Shown: in pieces, positions 1-9,800 of the stretch
Layout: the number at the start of each line of letters is the position of its first letter
How positions within the stretch are numbered: position 1 is the stretch's first letter
Assembly: GCA_965644495.1 (NCBI GenBank)
Contig: CBFFSA010000089.1
Coordinates: 1 to 13,309, forward strand
Direction of reading: 5' to 3'
From: Perkinsela sp. CCAP 1560/9
Lineage: Eukaryota; Protista; Euglenozoa: Kinetoplastea
DNA: 13,309 nucleotides
Position numbers and translations under genes: made by a program
Notes under the pieces: generated by a model
The model's input: the letters and a program-made list of their open reading frames with translations, nothing else
What the model was told of the DNA's origin: nothing
Database searches by the model: none

Positions 1-2
1 CT

Positions 3-878
3 CTTGAAGCTCGAAAGAGTTTGGTTGAGTGGGAAGGGTTGGTTCGAGGTTCTCGATTGAAATATCCTTCTATGAACAACTTTGGAATGAAGTTGATTTG
101 GGAACTCGCAAAATTTCTTCGAAAGAAAGCTTCTTCTAATTTTGAATCAATGGATCGATCTCAAGGTTTAGTTCAAAAGATGGTATCTTTGATCAATCCT
201 GAACTCGCTGACCAAGCGGATATTCTTTCAAGAATTGAAAACGATTTGTTAGATTGTTGGGTTTCTTTGACTGCTGGTGATCCTCCTCCTTCTGACCAAT
301 CCAAAGATAAGGATGACGAAGATGTAAGCCTGAGCCAACCAATCATGGATGTTGATGAAGAGAAAGGGGGATATCATCAGAAAGAGATGGAAATTGAGGA
401 ACTGTTGGATTGTTGTGGAAAGACTGTGGAAAGAGTTTTGGGGAAAATTGAACCTCTTCGAAGAGGAGTTGTTCTTCCAGAAGGAAATTATCCTCGAAAT
501 TTGAAATCAGGAGATTTGAGACTGATCACAGCTGTATCGTATGAAGCAGTTTTCCAAGAAGTATTATCGATGTATGCTTTGTACAATGTACTTCCAGGAA
601 GACGAACACTTGGACTCTGTCGAGAAGACAGCACTTGGGAAGAAGTTTTGTTGTTGTTGTTGAGATGGTCTCAATCTCAAAACAAAGAAGATGAATTGTT
701 TTGTTTGGCGAATGCTGATTTACTTCCTGGTGAAATTCAAGTGAAAACTGTTGCTTTCATTCAAGAAGTTGTGGAATCGTCTGTTGTTCCTTTGCTTCTT
801 GTTTGTGGTCCATCGAGGAATGTGTATGTTGTCTCTCAGTTTATTAACAAACGAATTCCATCTTATCCAGTTGCAGAA
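3..878 (+). CDS. RNF213-like segment 1 (end of N-terminal stalk and AAA1 region), open from the window edge
   Basis: Frame 3 is open from base 3. VLSMY..LP..LCREDSTWEEVLLLLLRW..LFCLANADLL resembles the first, degenerate AAA unit of RNF213. Homology leaves this frame at about 878. Confidence 0.8.
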
Positions 879-3800
879 ATATTTTACAAGATGTTGTGGA
901 AAGAGGATACCAAGGAAGAGTTTGTTGTTATTTGTCTGATTATGCGGGAGCTGGAAAGTCTTTCCAGATTCGAAAAGGAAGAGGATTGGGGGAAGATTAT
1001 TGCCATGTTCCAGCAACTGCTTGCGCCAAATTCTTGACTCGGCTCCAAGAACGCATTCTCGATAAAATGTTCGCTTCGATGGAGATGTCTGATCCACACT
1101 TTCACTTTGATCTCTATGATACAGCGGGAGTGGAGATCAACTCATTGTTGTTTGAAATCATTTTCTTCTTTGGGTATTGCAACTTCTCGAGTGGAATGAT
1201 CTTTTGTTATTCTCCATCGAAAACGTATATTTCTGTTGAAGTTCCAACAGGACCATTGAGTAAACGTTTGATTGTTCCAAAGTTATGTCCTGTGACCAAA
1301 GTTGTTGCAGAAGCATCATTGTTTGCACCAAATGCGAAAGATATGAAAAAAGGGGATGGGAAGTGCTCAGTTTTATGGAGCTCGTTATGATGGAACTGCA
1401 CTTCGAAAAAGAGAAGAGAATATTCGACATGCGAATTCTTATGAGAGGCTTCAATATGTTTGTACTGCTTTAGATATTTTGAAGAAAACACATGGTAAAT
1501 TCCCTTATGTCTTTGAAACTTCTGTTGTTGAGGTAGAGGGTCTTTTAGAGTCTCTGCGGATGTCAGCATCAGGGGAGAGCGCGCTCGGTCTTTCTTACGA
1601 AGGGGATGTTGATGGGGAAACTTGTTTCGATTTGCTTTTACACTTCAGTGATCTCCCACCTGATCGTGTTTCGTTGTGGTGTTTGTGGAATTTTATCAAC
1701 ATGGTGTATTGGCAATTGAGAGATATGCATTATCCTGATTCTCCATTGAATGGAGCGTGTATGCCAACGAAACAAGATGTTGGGGGAAAAGTGAACAAGA
1801 AAGAAACAGAAGAGTTCAAGATGCATGTGAAAGGAGAAATCTTAGCGTTTATTTTAAGAACAGCTCGAGAGTTTGCGACTCGTCAATCTTCTGAGATTGA
1901 TCCAGAAGAAGTCACTGGATTGGAAGTGACTGGATTTTCTCGGAGGGATTTCAATGGAAAGTGGAAGAAACAATTGTATCAAAATGATGGAAAACCTGTT
2001 TTCAGTACCAAAGGAGGGCAGAACAAAAATTTTTACATGTACTATCGTGCCGTTACGAGCAATTGGGTGATTGACGATCTGATTACTTCACAAGACGAGT
2101 CCTCTTTTTCTTACACGACCGGACCTGAATATGACAGTGTTTGGAAAACGGTTGGTTCTGCTTGTTGGAAACCAAACCCCGCGATCAAGCCACAAAAAGT
2201 TCATCGAAAAGAAGCTTACCAAGGGGAGGCTCTGTCATTCCAAGGTTTCTCAGGCGAACACGAAAATGGTGTTTATCTTCGCCAACCCCCTTATGATGAT
2301 ATCAATGGGCGCCCTCAATATATCAAAGTTATTGATGAAGCTCTTGGTAAACGACGTCATTTATTCTTTGAACGGGGACAATGGATGATTTGTCCTGTTT
2401 GCTCTCCTGATGAAGGTTGTTTTGGTTTCGCAAAAGCGAATTTCACTGGAACTTGGCTCGTGATCCCAGATGATGTTATTGAAAAGAATCTTGTCTTCAA
2501 AACCATCAAGGCTGGTGATGAAATCGCTTCTTCTGTGGGTAGCAGTTCGAAGGCAGAAACACTCCTTGGAGGTGAAGGAGATATCATGGTGGGGGATGAA
2601 GAAGCAGATCAACTGTTGGTTAAAAAGGATGAAGAGTTCAATGAGTTTTTGACTTTGGAGAGATTGTTCGCGAAAATGACTCGATGGGTCGACAGCAATC
2701 ACGAGTGTATTCTCTTTTCAAACAAAAATCACGTTGTGAGCTTTTTGTCAATGAATCCTGATGTGATGAAGAAAAACATGCACCCAACTCTGTTGGAATT
2801 TTTGGAACACAACAAAATGAACGTGGGAGAATCATTGGATCAACTGTCTTCAAGACATCACGAAGTGTTGGGTGCTTTGACAGAAATGTATCGATCAGCA
2901 GAAGAAGCAGACAAACTGATGGGAGGAAATTATGTTTTGACTGGAGATAATTTGTTGAAGATGTTGGCGATTTTTATTCGATTGAGAGTTGGAATTCCTG
3001 TAATTTTGATGGGAGAATGTGGGTGTGGAAAGACTTCTTTGTTGAAGTATCTTTGTAGTTGGTTGGAAGTCGATCTTTTGGTATTGGATGTTCATGGAGG
3101 AACCACACCTGATGATATCGCAAAGACCTTTGAAGAAGCAGATTCAATGAGAAAACAATCTGGAAGATTTGTGTATGTGTTTTTGGATGAAGTGAATGCG
3201 TGTAATCACATGGGTCTCATTTGTGAAGTCATCACCAAGAGATCACTTCATGGAAAACCAATTCATGATAAGATTTATATTCTTGCTGCTCTTAACCCTT
3301 ATCGACGACGCCCCCCTCAAGCTGAGACTTTTGGTTTGGTTTATAAACACAAAGGAGGCAGCTCTCTTGCTGTTCAGGATGAGATGTCTTCTTTAGTGTA
3401 TCGAGTGACTCCAATTCCATCAGCCCTTCGAGATTTTGTGTTTGATTTTGGGTCGTTGGAACCAAAACAAGAAAAGATGTACATCAGTTCGATGGTAACA
3501 AGTCAATTAGAACTCCCTTCTTTGGAAGGTTTGATTTGCTTCAAAGAATGTTTTATGTTTTTTTTTATTGATCACTAATTCTTTTTTTCTTTAGATCTAT
3601 CTCATCAAGATGCCTTGAGAGAAAAAGCAAAACGAGAAGGAGATTATAAGATCATCACAAGCCTCGTTGTTGAAGCACAAACTTTTGTGCGAGACAAAGA
3701 AGGAGATCCAAGTTCTGTCAGTCTGCGTGATGTTCGCCGATTTATGTTTTTTGTGAACTTTTTCTTGGGAATGACCACCCCTTACAACGATTCTGTTCTT

Positions 3801-6800
3801 GTTTCTTCGTGTATTGTGTCTCTTGCTCTGGTGTATTACTATCGTCTCTCTCGAGAAGAACATAGAGAACAGTTCTGGGCAAAAGTTGCTGACACTGAGA
3901 ATGTGAGGCGTGAGGCAGAAAAGTCCTCCTTCCAACTCCAAGGTGGAGAGAAGGTTAAACCTTCGTCTTCAGGGAAGCAATTTTCCGAATATTTCCTCAA
4001 GGTCTTGGAGGAGAAACAAAATAGCTTCTGTGAGCAACTGGATGTGGGAGAGGGAATTGCGTTGAACAATGCTTTGACCGAAAATTTGTTTGTGTCGATT
4101 GTCTGTATCTTAAACCGAGTCCCTGTGTTCTTGGTTGGAAAACCTGGAACCTCAAAGACTTTGACAATGCAAATCATTGCTTCCAATCTTCAAGGGAAAC
4201 AAAGTCCTCGAGAGTTTTGGAGAAAGTTCCCATCTGTGTATGTATTTCCTTACCAATGCAGCCCGATGAGTGACAGCAGTTCGATTCAACATCAATTCCA
4301 CATGGCTATGAGGTATCAAGAACACGCAAACAACACAATCACTGTATTGCTTTTGGATGAAGTTGGGTTAGCAGAACATAGTCCAGAAATGCCTTTGAAA
4401 TGTTTGCATGGGATGTTGGTTGATCCTCCAATTGCAATTGTTGGTTTGAGTAATTGGGTTTTGGATCCAGCAAAGATGAATCGAGCTGTTTTAGTTCAAC
4501 GTCCAGAACCAAGTAGTGCTGATATTTCTAACACTGGTGCCTCTATTCTTGGTCTTCCTCCCCGTTTGGCAAATTCGCCTCTCTTTAAGGTCTTGAAGCA
4601 AATGTCTCGAGCGTATTTCTACGTGTATACCAATCAAACTGGAAGAGATTTCATTGGAATGCGTGACTACTACTCCCTCATTAAATTTGTGAGAAGTTAT
4701 GTCTTAAGCAAAATTGGTGATTTCGAAAAAGCGGAAATTCCACGACAGGATATTATTTTCGCAATTTGCAGAAACTTTGGAGGACGAAATGATATTTTGA
4801 GAGATGTTTTGGCTGTTATGTGTGAGGAACTTTTTGATCGACCGGTTAAACAAGAAGGGGACATTGTTGAACTCAAGAAAGAAGACGAGAAAGAGGCCAG
4901 GAGGAGAGAGAGGCGGGAGAGAAAAGAAGCAAAGAGACTGATGAAAAAATCTGGTCGTAAAGGAAAGCACGGAGAAAAGGCCAAGAAGGAGGAGAAGAAA
5001 GAAAAGAAAGAAGAAAAGAAGGGGGATGAAAAGAAGGAGGAAGAAAAGAAGGAGGAAGAAAAGAAGGAGGAAGAAAAGAAGGAGGAAAAGGAAGAAAAAG
5101 AGTTGACGATCTTTGAGATGGAAAAGAAATACGGTTTCAAAAGGCCTCCTCTCTCGGTTCTGATTGAGTCAAATCTGGAAGCTCATGATGCTCGACATTT
5201 GATGTTGTTGACTAAGAACTGTGCTGCTCTTTCACTTTTGTTTTCTTGTGGATTGGTTCATCGAAACAGAACAAAAGTGATTATTGGAAGTGAATTTTCA
5301 GAAGATGACACAGAATTGTATTTGGTCCAACAGATGAATGAAGTGAAATTGGCAATGGCAACAGGAAAAGTTATTGTGTTGATGAATGCGGACAACATGT
5401 ATGAAGCTCTTTATGATGTGTTGAATCAACGTTATTTGATGAAGAAAGACAATGCGACTGGTAAAGTTCAACGTCTTCTTCGACTTGCCATTGGATCTCG
5501 TAGTTCTCTCTGTCCTGTTGAAGGTTCTTTCTTCCCCCTTTCAATTTCTGATTGATTATTTTCAATTTACCCTCCGAAATAGATGGATTCCGTATCATTG
5601 TGATTGCTGAACAAGAGTATGCTTACAGAGAGCTTGATTTGCCTCTTCTTAATCGCTTTGAGAAACAGGTTTTTTCTCTATTTATTTCTTGAGTTTTTTC
5701 CCCCTCTTTTTCTGTTTAACTCTCTAATCATTTTCTAAATCTCATTCTGCAGATTATGACTCCATCAGAGGTGTTGACTGATGTTATGAGAAAAGCCATT
5801 GAAAGAGGCTATCGCTGGGTGGATCAAGTTCAAGAAGAAACGGGGTTGCAGTCTCATCAAAACTTGTTCTGTGGATACCACGATGGCACTATCCCTTCAG
5901 CTATTTTCCATCTCGGAAATACCCTTTTAAAAGAAAAATCAAAGGCCACCCCGGAGGAGGTGAAGGCGTATTTAGATCAAGAGGTGAAGAGATGCTTGAA
6001 GCGAATTGCGTTTCCTGCTGCTGTGGCTTTATCACCATCACTGCAAAAAGTTGACGAACCAGCATGCCACCCTGACTTTAAAACTGGTGTGCAAGAAATC
6101 TTCAGACACCAACGTGGAGGACTTCCCACTGTTTCTCTTGTGATGACCTATTCTCCTGTTTCTCACTTGGATGATCAAATGTTAGAATCGTTGGATGGAA
6201 TCGATGTTGAACGAGTTCGATTGGATGAAGTGAAGAGTGAGAAAGCATTCACAGCTCTTGTTGAGAGATATTTGAATGATGAGGGAGTTAGAAGCAGTGG
6301 TAGTGGTAGTGGTAGTGGTAGTGGAAACAAAAAGAGAGCTTTGGTGATTCAATTTGATTCAATCATGTGTTCTCCATTGCAAGTGAACCATGCGAAATTT
6401 TTGTGTACTGATGCGTTGGCCCGGTATGAATCACAAAAGAAGAAAACAAAAAAAGGAGAAAAAGCGATTGTTTTCTTGGTTCACATGCCACCTGGAGTCA
6501 AAGAACGAGCAAGAAGTTTTGTGTTTGATTTTGAAGAACCTTGGATTTATTTGTTTTTGGATGATTTACGTGGACTTGAAACTTCTGTTGGAGGAGGATC
6601 TTTGGATGTTTCAACATTGTTACACATGCCTTTGCTTGAATTCTTTGACAAAGGTCTTGCTAACTTTGAAGAGATTGTTAATTCTCAACTCCCAGTTGCT
6701 GTTTGTCGTGTTCGTGTTCCACATCCTCAAAACAGTCGTCTTGCAGAAGATATTTTGAACTTTGCGAATCGAATCAGCACACTGAAAGGGGCTCTTGATG

Positions 6801-9800
6801 AAGAAAGGTTCAAAAAGCTCTTTTTGGGAACTGTTATGAGTATTTTGACTGCTGTTGGAGGTGAAGATGGAAAAGTGAAAGGATTGTACCTTCACACATA
6901 CTTAGCTGTTGGAGAGATGTCGTGTGGAACTTTGATGCAGAGTTTGACACGAACAATCTCAGAATTGGTTCTCCAAGCAATGGTTCATGTTTTGTTGAGA
7001 TTGGAGAAAAACTTTAACCTCAGTACCTTGAAGCTTTCATCTCCACTTTGGTTGACACTTTCCGAAAACAAGAATGTTCTTGATTTGAGTACCCTTGCTC
7101 AAGTGTGTAAGTTAGGAGGAAGAGCAGCGTTGAAAGATTTGATGTTGAAATCAGCTGAGAACACTGGAAAAGGAGGAGCATTTGTTTCGTCATTTCCTTT
7201 CAGTCACGAGATCATCAAACTGTTACAAGGAAAAGAAACTCGACAAGCAATTGAAGCTGCTTCACAAGGAAGAAAAGAAGGAGCTGAAAAGTTTGTTTCT
7301 GAGATGGAGTACATTGAAAAGATCTTTGTGGGTCTTTTTGGAGAAGAAGTGTTGTCTTTGAGCAAATCTTCAGACAAATTAGATTACTTACACGATTTTG
7401 TTGCGATTTGTGCTCCACCTGTGGATGGGTTATCTGCGAGAGAGATTGAAACAGTTCACAAAGCAGTCTTGCTCGCGTTTCACCCAGAAGCTTTATCTTC
7501 TCCACCAGCAATCCATGCTTCTTATCGACATAATGAAGCTCGAATTCAAGTGATTTGTTCAATTTTAGCAACAGTTCCTTCTGAAACAAGAAAACACATT
7601 CTTGAAACTTTGGAACAAGTTGAACAATCGGGAATCGAAACTTTGGTTGAGAAAATCTTTGATGGAGTTGCTGATTACATTTGGGGTCGAACTCAAAACT
7701 TGGCTTTTGTCCAAAGGAAGGAGGGACAAATGATTACAACAGAGCAAGAGTTGTCAGCAGGAAAGAATCTCCCAAGTTTTATTTCAGGGATTAATGGGGA
7801 TATTATTGATTTACTCTCTGGAATGAAGAAAAAGAAAGAAGGAGGAGGGTTATCTCCTCAACAAAAGTGGAGAAGTATTTTGGTGTTGAAGATCTTCTTG
7901 GAAGGATTTACAAGCGCAAGACGAGTGTGGGGAATGGGAGAATCTGGAAAGAATTTGTTGAAGTTGCTTCATGAATATGATGTGTGTTCTCTTGAGTTTT
8001 TCGATGATTTTTGTTTGGGATTGGCCAAATTTTATTCTTTCCTTCGTTGTTGTGCTGATTGTGGAGGAATTTGGGGCCATTCATTGGATCCTTTGAGTCG
8101 AGACGATGCTCATTGTCCTTCTTGCAAATCGAGCTATTTGATTCGAACCGCGGCAGCGCGCCAAAAGAGCCAAGGATATCACCATTCCTCGTCATCTCGT
8201 GCTCTTCGTTTACCAAAAACATTTTGGGATGATTTTTTGGCCAGCCCTGCCGAGCGAGAGCAAAAAGTCGACCCCTCCGATTCTTCTTCCTCTTCTTCCA
8301 GTGGACCAGAAGAATTAAGGATTGAAAAGGGGACTGAAAACAAGAGAAAGGATCTTGTGAGAAGATTCTTGGAAACATGGTTTGTTCGATTTGCAAATGA
8401 GATTTTGTTTTCAGGTGAAGAAGGGGTTGATGAAAAGTTGATTCAACATATCAGCTTTTTAACAAATGCTCCTTCATTGCAATTTGTGTCAAAGAAGGTG
8501 AACATTTCAGAAGACGAACAAAGATTAATTGATTTCGTACCTGAACCTTCAACAAGAGTTTCGTTGATGAATATTTTGTTGAAAGCTGAACGAGATTTGG
8601 GAAGAAGTGGAGGGAAACAGGTTGAGTTGTTTCAAATTTCATCGACAATTGGAAGACAGTTGTATTTAGCACATCGAGTCAGTGTTTATGAACAAGAAAT
8701 CGAGAAATTGGGAGAAGATATTGAATCTTTGCAAAAATTAGTTCAATTAACCAGCCAAAAAGATGTTGATGTTGTGTTGAATTGGGGAAAAGGAGAAAAA
8801 CAGAAAGAAGGAGAAGGAGAAGGAGATGGTGATGATGAACAAGAACGAAAAAGAATTGATTCAGTGGCTCGATTACAAACTGTTCTTCGAAGGTATGGCC
8901 GTTTGATTGGATCTGATCATTTCCCTCCAAATGAAGTGATTGATACCAAAGAGTATGCACAATTTTCCAAATTCTTCAACAATTTCTTAACTCTTGATTC
9001 TGCGAATGGATTGAGAAGTTATGTGACGAAAACAATCAAAGATGGAGTTGGACTTGATGGTGTGTTGAGCTTTTTGTTTGTTTGTGAAAGGAAAGGAGCT
9101 AATTGGGTTCGATTTGATCGTGAATCGTTGCAAGTGGTTGTGGAAGATTGTCCAATTGGTCCTCTTGTTTCAAAGAGGAGAAAAGAACTTCAAGATCTTG
9201 AACCTCACATCAAAGAATTACTTCGAGCGAAAGGAGATGCTGTTTCAGAGAAGATCAAAACAATTATGGGAGCAGGTTTTTTGGAAGAAATTTTATTGCC
9301 AGCTTTGTACAACCAAATCTCGCATGTTGCTCTCTCAGAACGAAGAAATCCAGATGTTTTCATTGGAAATGTTCAAGATTTGGCAAAGAAACTCCAAAGT
9401 TCTGTCAAAGAAGCTGGAAGACAAGTTTTAGGAAAAGTGATTCCTTTGGCTGTGGATTACATTTTATTGTTAGCTTATCCTTCTCTTGATTCAAAGTTGT
9501 TGAGTTTGGAGATTGTTCCTTGTGTTGTTGACAAACAAGAAGGATTAACCAACAAATCAAAAACATTGTTGCAATTGTTGTTGAGAATTTTGATGGGAAT
9601 TGGGATTCATCCAGATTCATGGCTTTCAAATCTCCTTTTTGAACCATCGAAATACATGCAAAGATATTTCCCAGGTTCTTTGTTTGAAGCTCCACTTGAT
9701 CGTTTGAGGTGGTATGAATGTCCTAATGGTCATCCTTATGCTGTTGGTGAATGTGGTATGCCAATGCAAAAAGGAAAATGCCCTCAATGTGGAGTTATTA

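Noticed and set aside
1343-1356. Canonical -1 slippery heptamer (AAAAAAG) or Euplotes-type AAA-TAR +1 site
   Set aside because: The required shift is +1, the heptamer is not phased for -1 in the coding frame, and no stop codon follows the AAA.
870-1370. A 501-nt in-frame GT..AG intron that would bypass both frameshifts
   Set aside because: It would delete the conserved AAA2 P-loop segment. It also lacks the exonic G, T-richness and small size of the real introns.
3012-4500. Midasin, dynein heavy chain or ZNFX1 as the identity of gene 1
   Set aside because: DEVGLAE..PLK, SNW.LDPAKMNR and a downstream RZ finger plus CTD are RNF213-type. No SF1 helicase, NF-X1 repeats or MIDAS domain is visible.
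5028-5087. CRISPR-like or mobile-element repeat
   Set aside because: The units are head-to-tail with no spacers and lie in frame within coding sequence.
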